DNA of 64,000 bases from Candidatus Binatia bacterium (GTDB taxonomy: Bacteria; Desulfobacterota; Binatia; Bin18). This document shows positions 49,376 to 58,914 of the stretch, in pieces. Location: NCBI GenBank assembly GCA_963664395.2, contig OY761159.2, positions 4,128,001 through 4,192,000 of the forward strand, in the 5' to 3' direction. Under the pieces are notes generated by a model. That model worked only from the letters and a program-made list of their open reading frames with translations. It had not been told where the DNA came from and did not search any database. Within the stretch, counting starts at the first letter, position 1, and every line of letters begins with the position of its first letter. Made by a program: the position numbers and the translations under genes.

Positions 49376-49927
49376 TTAATCAAGGCCGAGTTTTTCTTTG
49401 CCTTCAGGTGAAATCATGGCCGGCGTCCAGGGTGGGTCCCACACGACTTCGACATTCGCGTCTTCAACACCAGGGATACCTTCGATCCGCGTCTGGGCAT
49501 CCATAGCAATGGCAGGTCCCATGCCACAGCCCTGGGCGGTGAGGGTCATTTTGACATCAACGTTGGTCCCACCTTCCGGCCGGTCGTTCACCGCGAGATC
49601 ATACACCAAGCCGAGATCAACGATATTAACCGGGATTTCCGGGTCGTACACACTCTTGAGTTGAGCCCAGATTTGATCCTCAGTGATCTGGCCGCCTGCA
49701 CTGGGAGCTGCTTCCGGGGCAGGCCCCTTACTTTCTTTGCCAATAGCGTCTGCGTCCTGATCGGATACGCGATACAGCCCACCCAGCGTTGGAAGCTGGA
49801 GGGTATACGTATCGCCTAAGGCTTGGGTGATTACTCCAGGCGTGCCTTTGGGAATCGTGACCTTGACGCCTTGTGGAATTTGGACGGCATCACAATGTCG
49901 GCTGAATTCAATTTCTTCGTGGCTCAT
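49376..49927 (-). CDS. sufT: Fe-S cluster assembly protein SufT (DUF59/PaaD-like)
   Basis: ITQALG..YT, VYDPEIPVNIVDLGLVY, MTLTAQGCGMG, VWDPPW. Confidence 0.88.
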   Translation of the reverse strand: MSHEEIEFSRHCDAVQIPQGVKVTIPKGTPGVITQALGDTYTLQLPTLGGLYRVSDQDADAIGKESKGPAPEAAPSAGGQITEDQIWAQLKSVYDPEIPVNIVDLGLVYDLAVNDRPEGGTNVDVKMTLTAQGCGMGPAIAMDAQTRIEGIPGVEDANVEVVWDPPWTPAMISPEGKEKLGLD

Positions 49928-49958
49928 GTTATGACTCCTTAGCAACGGTGATGAAAGA

Positions 49959-50219
49959 CTAGGAAGCGGGCTTACTCCGTTCCAGGAGCGCACGGATACC
50001 AGCGCCCATTTCTTCTAGCGCTTTCCCTTGTTGATCGATTTGTTTGTCTCGTCGTGCACCAGTCTGCCCCATGCGCCACAGGCCCCAAGCGATCAGGCCA
50101 CATTGCCCTAACCCCACTAAGGCGGAAACAATGGCTCCTGCGACATCGGTCCAGGTTGGTTGATTCGAGGCCTGGAGAGCCAGGACTGCTTGCCGAGCAA
50201 GTATTTCGTATTCTGTCAC
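49959..50219 (-). CDS. small membrane protein with coiled-coil tail
   Basis: AGGAG RBS, GTG start, one hydrophobic segment. Confidence 0.6.
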   Translation of the reverse strand: MTEYEILARQAVLALQASNQPTWTDVAGAIVSALVGLGQCGLIAWGLWRMGQTGARRDKQIDQQGKALEEMGAGIRALLERSKPAS

Positions 50220-50349
50220 CCCTGATTCTCCTTCAGCTTTCTAATTCGTAGCATAGGGTGCAGCGGGAGGACAAGAGACGCGCTTCAATTCAGGAATATA
50301 ATCAGGACAAAGAGGAGCAGAAAAAAGAACATCCAGGCAAAACCCCTCT

Positions 50350-51297
50350 TCAGGGTTTGTCAATCCAGTCTTTGATTTGCTGCCGGACATCTTCCGGGCG
50401 GTCTTCAAAGATGTAGTGTCCACTCCGTGTGACCACTTGTAAGTCTGCATTTGGAATTGCCGCATCAAGCTCGCGGGCAACGTCCATGGAGGTAAATTGA
50501 TCCTGGCCACCCCAGAGGAGCAGGGTTGGCATGGTGAGGGCACCGAGGTTGGGAAGAATGTCCTCTTCAAGGATGCGGGAGAGGTCAAACTCGCGCAGAA
50601 ATTTACGGAGAGCCGCGCGGGCTCCGGGATCATCTTCGAATGGCTCAAGATACTGTTTGAGCATGGCGTCACTCATGACTTGCTTGTCAAATACTCCCTC
50701 CTGAAGGATGCGCTTGAGAAACCAGTCTCCGCTCAGCATCGTGCCAATCAGAGGTATCCCGAGCAGGCGGATGTTAAGAGGCAGACTTTCATGCGCCGAG
50801 ATTGGAGCGCTCATAAGAATCAGTTTATGGACGTTGTCGGGATTCTGAATGGCATAGGCTGCCGCGATGACAGCCCCGAAGTCATGGGCAGCAAGAATGA
50901 TATTTTCCAAGTGGAAATTCTCAATATACGTAGTGAGTTGCGCAAGATAGGTGTCCAGCTCATAGGTTTTATCTTGAGGTTTCTCAGATAGACCAAAGCC
51001 CATTAAGTCCAGTTCATAGACGGTATTGCCATAGGTCAGGCCTGGGGTCACATGCCGCCAGATACGGTAATCTTCGAGCAGGCCGTGGATAAAAATAAGC
51101 GGACGGCCAAGACCGGTTTGCTGGTAATGCAGCGCGACACCATCAATTTCCATATACGTATGATTTGGATTTTCTGCTTGAAGCTCCTCTCCTGTCAGAC
51201 TCGGCGCCGAACTTCCACAGCAGGTAAAGATGAGGGCGACCGCCAAGAGCACGCCTCTGCCCAGACGTGATCGTTGCCCGTTTCGAAGTCCGTCCAT
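50350..51297 (-). CDS. alpha/beta hydrolase, probable lipoprotein, Asp-nucleophile type
   Basis: FIHG, DLMGFGLS, AHDFGA, LLWGGQD, SGHY. Lipobox-like LIFTCCG. Confidence 0.85.
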   Translation of the reverse strand: MDGLRNGQRSRLGRGVLLAVALIFTCCGSSAPSLTGEELQAENPNHTYMEIDGVALHYQQTGLGRPLIFIHGLLEDYRIWRHVTPGLTYGNTVYELDLMGFGLSEKPQDKTYELDTYLAQLTTYIENFHLENIILAAHDFGAVIAAAYAIQNPDNVHKLILMSAPISAHESLPLNIRLLGIPLIGTMLSGDWFLKRILQEGVFDKQVMSDAMLKQYLEPFEDDPGARAALRKFLREFDLSRILEEDILPNLGALTMPTLLLWGGQDQFTSMDVARELDAAIPNADLQVVTRSGHYIFEDRPEDVRQQIKDWIDKP

Positions 51298-51504
51298 AAA
51301 CTGCTTGCTCCTTATCGTGTCACCCTGAGAAGATTGCGGTGTTCCATTTGACACATGGCGAGCAGGCGCGCACAATGCGCCTGCATTATTCACCTCGTGC
51401 GGCTCATATCCGGCGGGTCACTCTAGCCGTGCTGAGGCGTTCCGACAAGGGGACACGGGAGAATACGAACAAAAATCAAGCAGCATAGGGTAAGGAGGCG
51501 GTTC

Positions 51505-52176
51505 ATGGCAGAAGCTGAATTATTTGACATTATGTTCTCTACCCGGAGCATGCGCCGGCTGAAAACCGATCCAGTCTCAGATGATAATATTTATCAGATC
51601 CTCGATGCTGGTATTCGTGCCCCGAGTGGTGGCAATACCCAGCACTGGCGCTTTCTCGTTGTGAAGGATGCAGAGGTCAAACGTGAAGTCCAACGTATCT
51701 ACCAAAAAGGCTGGGAACAAGCGCGGACCATCTATGATGACCGGCCGGGGCCGAGTCATATGGAAGAAGGAAAATTCAGAAAATTATTGGACGCGGCGAC
51801 CTATTTAGCCGAAAATCTGGCTGAAGTGCCTGTCCTTATTTTCGCCTGTCTCAAAGAACGGCCTATGCCGCCGGGTGAGGCGGGTGCGCAGTTAGCAGCC
51901 AAGCTGGCGCGTCTGTCAGGGTCAAGCATCTATCCTGCGGTACAGAATATGTTGCTGGCCTGTCGTGCCTTGGGGCTTGGAGCTACGCTGACCACTGTCT
52001 GTTCGCTGCACGAGGAAGAACTGAAACCTATCCTCAATCTGCCGGATAACATCTCGACCTATGCGCTCATCCCGGTCGGCTACCCCATGGGACAATTCGG
52101 CCCGGTGCGCCGGATGGCGGTTGAAGAAATTACCTGCGTGGATCAGTGGAACACGCCGTTGAAACGACCTGCCTAG
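51505..52176 (+). CDS. nitroreductase family protein
   Basis: RSMRR, APSGGNTQHWRFLVV, SIYPAVQNMLLACRALGLG. Confidence 0.92.
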   Translation: MAEAELFDIMFSTRSMRRLKTDPVSDDNIYQILDAGIRAPSGGNTQHWRFLVVKDAEVKREVQRIYQKGWEQARTIYDDRPGPSHMEEGKFRKLLDAATYLAENLAEVPVLIFACLKERPMPPGEAGAQLAAKLARLSGSSIYPAVQNMLLACRALGLGATLTTVCSLHEEELKPILNLPDNISTYALIPVGYPMGQFGPVRRMAVEEITCVDQWNTPLKRPA

Positions 52177-52192
52177 AACGATGGCAATTATG

Positions 52193-52312
52193 CTCCCTCT
52201 CCCCTGGAGGGAGAGGGCTGGGGTGAGGGGGTTCTGCGCAACAGCGGTGTCCGTCCGTCGTACCGCACTGCCTCACGGCGCTGTCGGATGACGCTCCGCT
52301 CATCCGCCCTCC
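52193..52312 (-). repeat. composite REP-like element, inverted copy of 11977-12054
   Basis: The reverse complement reads ...GGGCGGATGAGCGGAGCGTCATCCGAC...CCCCTCACCCCAGCCCTCTCCCTCCAGGGGAGAGGGAG. Confidence 0.7.
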
Positions 52313-52402
52313 GGGGCTAACTGCGCTATTTCAGTCCACCAAGCATTAAGAGCGTTCCGCGCTATTGCGACAGGGCAGTGAAGAGGAGGAAAGGGATTCC
52401 AC

Positions 52403-54043
52403 ATGCCGACCCTGGACTTCAAAGGCAAACAGATCGTCTATGCCCATCATCTGACCGTTCCTGCGCGGACGCTGGAGGTGGATGCCGAAAAGTCGTTGCC
52501 ACCCGAAGACCAACAGCCGTCTCTTGACGACAACCTGATTATTCACGGCGACAACCTGCACGCCCTCAAGGCGCTCATGCCGCGCTATGCCGGACGGGTG
52601 AACTGCATCTACATTGATCCGCCCTACAACACTGGCAACGAAGGCTGGGCGTACAACGACAACGTGAACAGCCCGCTGATGCAGGAATGGCTGAAAGGCA
52701 AAAGCCCGGTGGACGGCGAAGACCTGGAGCGCCACGACAAGTGGCTGTGCATGATGTGGCCGCGGCTGCACCTGCTGCGTGAACTACTGGCCGAAAACGG
52801 GGCAATTTTCGTCTCCATTGACGATAACGAGCAACACCATCTGCGGATGATGATGGATGAAATTTTCGGCGCAGAGAATTTCGTCGCGACAATCATTTGG
52901 GAGAAGGTTTATTCGCCGAAGAGCAGTGCGCAATACTTCTCAGAAAATCACGATTTTATCGTCGTGTATGCCAGAAACAAGAATGAGTTCAAACTCGGAC
53001 TGCTCCCACGAACGGAAGAAGCCGATGCGCGCTATACCAACCCTGACAACGACCCGCGTGGACCATGGAAATCGGGTGGCCTCGACGCACGCAATCCATA
53101 CAGCAAAGGGATATATTCAATAAAATGTCCAGGTGGCCGTGTGGTAAAAGGACCTCCACCTGGTAACTTTTGGCGTTACTCGGAGGAAAATTTTTGGGAA
53201 TTGGACAGGGACAATCGAATTTGGTGGGGCGAGGATCAGAACCAAGTCCCGGCTATTAAGCGCTTTCTCTCCGAGGTAAAACAAGGCTTGGTGCCAGAGA
53301 CCATCTGGACATATAAGGAGGTCGGTCACACCCAAGATGCGAAGAAAACGCTCCTTCAGATTTTTCCAGAAAAATTTCCAGACTTTACGACAACCAAGCC
53401 TGTTAAATTGCTAACCCGGATCATTAGTCTCTCGACAGGCGAAGACTCCATCATCCTCGACTCTTTTGCGGGCACCGGCACGACGGCCCAGGCGGCCTTG
53501 GCGCTCAACAAAGAAGACGGCGGCAACCGTAAATTCATCCTGGTAGAGTGCGAAGATTACGCCGCCACCATCACCGCCGAGCGCGTGCGCCGCGTCATCA
53601 ACGGCATTCCGACGGCGAAGGACGAAAGCCTGAAAAACGGGCTGGGCGGCAGCTTCACCTATTGCACGCTGGGCGAAGAAATCAACCCGGAAAAAATGCT
53701 CACCGGCGACAACCTGCCGGACTACGACACCCTGGCCCGCCACCTCGTCTACACCGCCACCGGCCACGCGCCGGACAACATCCGCAAAGCACGAAGCAAG
53801 GACGGCCTTTTCCATGAAACGGACGACCGGCTGTTCTATCTGATCTACCAGCCGGACCTTGACTTCCTGCGCAGCGCCGACTCCGTCCTGAACAGCGACC
53901 GTGCCGAACGCATCGCCAAGCAGGCCAAGACCAAGCATAAAACCGCGGTCGTCTTCGCCACCCACAAGTTCATGGGCCAGAAGGAGTTGACGGGCATGGG
54001 GATTGTGTTTTGCGGGTTGCCGTATGTAAGCCTCTCAGGCTAA
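52403..54043 (+). CDS. mod: type III restriction-modification methyltransferase (Mod)
   Basis: MPTLDFKGK, IHGDNL, IYIDPPYNTG, HDKWLCMM.PRL, KPVKLL, LDSFAGTGTT. Confidence 0.93.
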   Translation: MPTLDFKGKQIVYAHHLTVPARTLEVDAEKSLPPEDQQPSLDDNLIIHGDNLHALKALMPRYAGRVNCIYIDPPYNTGNEGWAYNDNVNSPLMQEWLKGKSPVDGEDLERHDKWLCMMWPRLHLLRELLAENGAIFVSIDDNEQHHLRMMMDEIFGAENFVATIIWEKVYSPKSSAQYFSENHDFIVVYARNKNEFKLGLLPRTEEADARYTNPDNDPRGPWKSGGLDARNPYSKGIYSIKCPGGRVVKGPPPGNFWRYSEENFWELDRDNRIWWGEDQNQVPAIKRFLSEVKQGLVPETIWTYKEVGHTQDAKKTLLQIFPEKFPDFTTTKPVKLLTRIISLSTGEDSIILDSFAGTGTTAQAALALNKEDGGNRKFILVECEDYAATITAERVRRVINGIPTAKDESLKNGLGGSFTYCTLGEEINPEKMLTGDNLPDYDTLARHLVYTATGHAPDNIRKARSKDGLFHETDDRLFYLIYQPDLDFLRSADSVLNSDRAERIAKQAKTKHKTAVVFATHKFMGQKELTGMGIVFCGLPYVSLSG

Positions 54044-54093
54044 CCTGATATTTGACCATCTTCTATAGCCTGAACGGAATAATGATATAGGTT

Positions 54094-55230
54094 ATGTACG
54101 ATATTGAGAAATATAGTGAAGCAATAGGGGCGTCTTCCCCGCCTCCATCGCGCTGGGCTAACTCTTGTACGCATCGAGAGTGCTCATTGCATCAACTGTC
54201 ACCGTACATAGGGAAACTGAAGAGTGTGATTGCGCGGGACCTCATCCTTGAGTACAGCCAGCCTGGCCAGTTAGTAGTGGATATGTTTTGTGGAAGTGGC
54301 ACCGTGCCACTTGAGGCCGCTCGTCTTGGCCGACGTGTATTCGCTTCTGATATGAGCAGATACGCTGTGACGCTGACCAAAGGTAAGCTTTACGCACCAA
54401 CCAGAATCGAACCTGCACTCGCAGACCTTGATCGGCTTCTCAAACGTGTTGAATCACTGCCCATGCCAGACCTTCGAAGCGTTCCGCGATGGGTTCGAGC
54501 TTTTTTTCACCCCCGTACGTTGAAAGAGGCCCTACGTCTCAACGAATTTCTTAGACACGAAAGGCATTATTTCCTACTGGCCGCCCTGCTCGGCATCCTG
54601 CATCATCAAAGGCCTGGATTCCTATCCTTTCCAAGCAGTCACCTTGTGCCCTATCTTCGGTCAAACAAATTCCCCAGAGAAGTCTATCCCGACCTTTACG
54701 AATATCGTCCAGTTGCCCCGCGTTTGAAAGCAAAGGTCAAACGTGCTTTGAAGCGCCCATCCGCAAATTCTTTATTCAAATTAGTCGAGGGTATTCGCCG
54801 GTCCTCTGTAGAACATCTTAACCTCCCGGATGCCATTGATTGTGTCATCACCAGTCCGCCCTACATGAACGCGCTTGACTATGGGCGCGACAACCGTCTA
54901 CGGCTCTGGTTTTTGGGTGAATCGCATATGAAGTCGCTGGACCGTGCTCTTAGCGGTCTCAACAGCTTTACAAATGCGATAGATGCACTTGCCAGACAAT
55001 TACAGCAAAAAATGCGCCGGGGTGGTTATTGTGTCTTCGTCATTGGTGAGCAGTTGATTCGGAAGAAAGACCGATTTCCTTCTGAAGAGTTGATGAGGAT
55101 TTTCGCAACACATGCCCCGACATTTCAACTGTGTCAGGTCATGAGTGACGTTATTCCCGATGTACGCCGCTCACGGAGGCGACTCGCCGGAGTTAAGCGA
55201 GAGCATATCCTGGTATTTAGAAAGCACTAA
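54094..55230 (+). CDS. DNA amino-methyltransferase, motif I then SPPY (probable N4-cytosine)
   Basis: LHQLSPYIGK, VVDMFCGSGT..LEA...GR, VITSPPY, GGYCVFVIG, EHILVF. Confidence 0.85.
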   Translation: MYDIEKYSEAIGASSPPPSRWANSCTHRECSLHQLSPYIGKLKSVIARDLILEYSQPGQLVVDMFCGSGTVPLEAARLGRRVFASDMSRYAVTLTKGKLYAPTRIEPALADLDRLLKRVESLPMPDLRSVPRWVRAFFHPRTLKEALRLNEFLRHERHYFLLAALLGILHHQRPGFLSFPSSHLVPYLRSNKFPREVYPDLYEYRPVAPRLKAKVKRALKRPSANSLFKLVEGIRRSSVEHLNLPDAIDCVITSPPYMNALDYGRDNRLRLWFLGESHMKSLDRALSGLNSFTNAIDALARQLQQKMRRGGYCVFVIGEQLIRKKDRFPSEELMRIFATHAPTFQLCQVMSDVIPDVRRSRRRLAGVKREHILVFRKH

Positions 55231-55232
55231 AA

Positions 55233-57701
55233 ATGCGAAAAAACCTTCCGCCTGTAGAACTGTTCCTTGGAAGAACAATAGATAGATTTCCAAACCATGT
55301 GATTCAAGAACATGTCGGTTCAGGCTCTAATGGACATCTATTTCGGGCATTCGATCCATCAACCGAAAGTAAACTCGCGTTTAAAGTCGTTCCAGTCGAG
55401 AATCTGTTAGTCAACGATCTGTTAGATGACGAAGACAAGCGACAAACCTATTTAGATGAGGCAAAGAAAGCAAACCTTCTACAACATGCATCGGTTATTA
55501 AGTGCCATAATGTTGTGTCTTATCGCGATCCCGATAATTCAATAGGGTGCATTATTTTTGTGTATGACTATGTGGAGGGCAAGAATCTCCAGGATTACAT
55601 ACGGCAGCACAGCGCAGAGGTAAACGTATCGTTTGCGGAGACCTTTCTGCGGACAATGCTTGAATTATTATATGAGCTCAAACAGCGCGGATACCCGCAT
55701 GGTGACTTGCACGCTGGAAATGTGCTCGTTGCGAAGTCGGAATTCGATATTTATGGAAGAACGATCTTTCGTGTAACAGATTTTGGCGTCCGCGAATTGA
55801 CCGAACATAGCGCTGATGTAAGTGACTATCTTTCTGTCGCACAAACACTCAGACAGCTACTAGGCTGCGTAGAGTATCGGGACTGTGAAGGGCGAGACCG
55901 ATATGTCTACAATATCCTGAAGCAGGATTTCTTGGCCCGACATTTAATTGAAACTGATACTAGTGCAGATCCATTGGCCTGCAATCCTCAGAAACTGATG
56001 GCTAAACTGGATTCTTTAGATAGTCAATATGTTGAAAAGAAATCTTCCGTCTCTGCACTTTTGACGCCTTTCGATTACCCTAACTGTGAACAAATTGGAA
56101 ACTCTCATCTATTGCTTAAGAATCTCTACTCCGATCGTCTACTTGGACTGTCGGAGATTCAGGCAAGAGTTAATTTAATGCTAACCGGGCCTCGCGGATG
56201 TGGCAAAACTACCGTTTTCCGTGCCCTGAGCCTGGAATATTTAATTTCTAATAACGATGACGCACCAAGCCACATTAACTATATTGGCATCTATTATAGA
56301 TGTGACGATCTGTATTTCTCTTTTCCAAGATATAAGATTCCTGAACGCCTTGAAGCACTCGACGTCCCCATGCATTTCCTGACGGTCACACTACTGGCAA
56401 CTGCTTTGGAACAGATAGGGGCATGGGCAAAAAGGCATTTCCTAGATGAGTTTCAAAAAAAAGAGAATTCGCTTGTTGCAGAACTTTGGGATTTGTTTGG
56501 ATGGCCACGTCCAGACAATCCAAGTGCCGGACAGTTGGCTACTCTGGTTAACCGGTTAAAAGGTAGGGAGAGGAAGCGTGCAGCCGAGAAACAACGTTTC
56601 GTTCATGTACACACAGAACCTATCCAAGACTATTTTGGTCCAGAAATGCTACTCAAAGCCTGTCTCCTTATTCGGAACAAATTTTCATTCCTGTATGAAC
56701 GGCCTTTTTATTTTTTTATTGATGACTACTCTGATCCAAAAATTACTAAAGAATTACAATCAAATCTCAATCGATTGCTCATGTATCGCAGTCCCGATAT
56801 CTTTTTCAAAATCTCGACAGAGAGTCCAATCTCTTTTGCTCGGGATGATGTCGATGGAAAACAATTTATCGAAACTCGCGAATATGATCTGTTAAATATC
56901 GGATTAAGGTACATCATGCATGCCTCAAATCAAACGCTTGAATTTCTTGAGGATCTTTTCCGGCGTCGATTTGGGGAGGTTGAAGGATACCCCGTTCAGA
57001 CTTTAAGAGAGCTTTTAGGCTCTACACCGCGTAATGAAAACGCCACGGCCTGGGCCTTTCGAGAGAAGAAGGGGCGGGAAAACTATGCGGGTATTGAGAC
57101 TGTTGCTGCCATGTGTAGTGGTGATATCCACTATATTATTCGTCTTGTTGCCAGGATGGTGGAAGATCGTGGAGGCCGAGATTCTCTAAAGATATCCCAG
57201 ACAGCACCTCGGATACTGCCAAGCCAACAACACAATTCTATCCGTGCCGCGGCAGGAGCTTTTATGGATTCTATACGCACGCTACCCGGAAAAGGTCGGC
57301 AACTTACGGAGGTTGTGACAGCATTCGGCAACGTGGCTCATTCTTACCTTCTGTATGAAACATCGACCAATGAGGGACGTAAACTCCCTCATCAAGCATC
57401 AAGGATAGAGCCATATGAATCGATAGATATATCTGACGAGGCCCAAGAAATTCTTAACGAGCTATTGCGTTACTCAGTGCTCATTGAAGACCCTCGTGGA
57501 AAGAGTAGGCGGGGAAAGGTTGTACCTAGGTTCTACCTTCGACGTTACTTGATCCCTCATTTCCGTTTGACGTTCAGTAGGCGAGATTCTCTTCAATTGG
57601 AAAATAACCAGATCGAAACACTCCTGCGTGACCCTCAAAAGTTTGAGACTACGATGAGTCGGGGTGATCCAAATCAAGAGAAACTTTTTCCTAATGAATG
57701 A
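55233..57701 (+). CDS. Ser/Thr protein kinase fused to a P-loop ATPase (ORC/CDC6-like)
   Basis: Kinase: VGSGSNG, LAFK, alphaC Glu (YLDEA), HGDLHAGN, TDFG. ATPase: LTGPRGCGKTT (Walker A), FFIDDY (Walker B), FKISTE. Confidence 0.85.
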   Translation: MRKNLPPVELFLGRTIDRFPNHVIQEHVGSGSNGHLFRAFDPSTESKLAFKVVPVENLLVNDLLDDEDKRQTYLDEAKKANLLQHASVIKCHNVVSYRDPDNSIGCIIFVYDYVEGKNLQDYIRQHSAEVNVSFAETFLRTMLELLYELKQRGYPHGDLHAGNVLVAKSEFDIYGRTIFRVTDFGVRELTEHSADVSDYLSVAQTLRQLLGCVEYRDCEGRDRYVYNILKQDFLARHLIETDTSADPLACNPQKLMAKLDSLDSQYVEKKSSVSALLTPFDYPNCEQIGNSHLLLKNLYSDRLLGLSEIQARVNLMLTGPRGCGKTTVFRALSLEYLISNNDDAPSHINYIGIYYRCDDLYFSFPRYKIPERLEALDVPMHFLTVTLLATALEQIGAWAKRHFLDEFQKKENSLVAELWDLFGWPRPDNPSAGQLATLVNRLKGRERKRAAEKQRFVHVHTEPIQDYFGPEMLLKACLLIRNKFSFLYERPFYFFIDDYSDPKITKELQSNLNRLLMYRSPDIFFKISTESPISFARDDVDGKQFIETREYDLLNIGLRYIMHASNQTLEFLEDLFRRRFGEVEGYPVQTLRELLGSTPRNENATAWAFREKKGRENYAGIETVAAMCSGDIHYIIRLVARMVEDRGGRDSLKISQTAPRILPSQQHNSIRAAAGAFMDSIRTLPGKGRQLTEVVTAFGNVAHSYLLYETSTNEGRKLPHQASRIEPYESIDISDEAQEILNELLRYSVLIEDPRGKSRRGKVVPRFYLRRYLIPHFRLTFSRRDSLQLENNQIETLLRDPQKFETTMSRGDPNQEKLFPNE

Positions 57702-58758
57702 CGACACATTTAACAATAACTTGCTAAGACCAGATGAAAAATTAAGCAGGGCCGAGTGGCCAGATCTGCAAGAGATCGAGTTCCCTTCAGTGGGAACTGG
57801 CGACTGTTTGCTGGTATGTGCTGGATTTGAAGACCGTGCTATCGAAACTCTACGTCGAATCTGTGAATCGGGAAGAACAGGCTTCCCACTTGGCATAGTA
57901 AACTATCTTCCAATCTACCCAGAAAATAAAATCGAAGAGCTACGTACAATTGGTCGAAGTGCTGATCTCCAGGTAAATGAGTTTTCTTACAACCGCGAAA
58001 ATCCCACAGGTATTGGAGAAGAACTAAAACGATTCACGCAGGACTTTGAACATCTTTTTATTGATATTTCTGGCATGTCACGTCTCCTCATCGTGCAGAC
58101 ATTGGTAGCGTTAATCGGCGGACAAAGGCAGCCGTTAAGCCTAATCTATGGCGAAGCAAAAGAATACCCACCTTCTAAAGATCAATTTGAGCAAGATGAC
58201 ACGAATGATGACGCCAAGTCGGTGCCGAGTTACCTGTCATCTGGAATTTTTGAAATAGCAGCGACCCCTGAATTGGGTTCTGTATCCATGTTGGGCGAGG
58301 CGATCCGGCTGGTAGCATTTCCATCATTTGACCCCGCTCAGCTCACTAATTTGCTTCAAGAGCTGCAACCTGCTTACACGGAACTTATTCATGGTGTACC
58401 TCCAGTTAAAGAGAATGAATGGCGAAAGGATGCAATCCGTAAACTTAACCGTCCGACATTAGATGAGCTTCAAGAGAAAAAAGATCATGAGGCGTCTACG
58501 CTTGACTACAGAGAGACATTACATGCGCTACTCCAGATATATGCAAAACGCAGCATGTTTGATCGCATCGTAGTTGCTCCTACCGGCAGCAAGATGCAGG
58601 CTGTAGCCGTGGGCCTGTTTCGGTCGGTCCTTCATGATGTCCAAATTGTCTATCCTACGCCACAGATTTTCACAGCACCCCAAGAACATACTATAGGTCT
58701 TCGGCAACTGTATAAGGTTGATATTCCAATAGAGGCAATAATAATGCGGCCGGATTGA
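57694..58758 (+). CDS. hypothetical protein with two Rossmann-like (CARF-like) repeats
   Basis: Repeat 1: LLVCAGFEDRA...FIDISGMSR...LIY. Repeat 2: LVAFPSFD...IVVAPTGSK...IVYP. The start overlaps the stop of the kinase-ATPase gene. The fold call is by eye. Confidence 0.65.
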   Translation: MNDDTFNNNLLRPDEKLSRAEWPDLQEIEFPSVGTGDCLLVCAGFEDRAIETLRRICESGRTGFPLGIVNYLPIYPENKIEELRTIGRSADLQVNEFSYNRENPTGIGEELKRFTQDFEHLFIDISGMSRLLIVQTLVALIGGQRQPLSLIYGEAKEYPPSKDQFEQDDTNDDAKSVPSYLSSGIFEIAATPELGSVSMLGEAIRLVAFPSFDPAQLTNLLQELQPAYTELIHGVPPVKENEWRKDAIRKLNRPTLDELQEKKDHEASTLDYRETLHALLQIYAKRSMFDRIVVAPTGSKMQAVAVGLFRSVLHDVQIVYPTPQIFTAPQEHTIGLRQLYKVDIPIEAIIMRPD

Positions 58759-58914
58759 GGACTTTCGGTGAGAGGCTATTGGCCTTCAAAGCCTCAAGTT
58801 TGGGATTGTTTCGAGATTACAATGATAAATCGGATGATTCAGATAATAGCTATCCAAGAAGCTGCCTCATCTGGAGAACATATCAAGGATTCCTTACGCC
58901 GCAGATAGGGTGAC

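Noticed and set aside
58822-58908. 28-codon ORF (MINRMIQII...) between the CARF-like gene and res
   Set aside because: Short, no clear RBS and no recognisable motif. It may be a junction remnant but cannot be supported as a gene.
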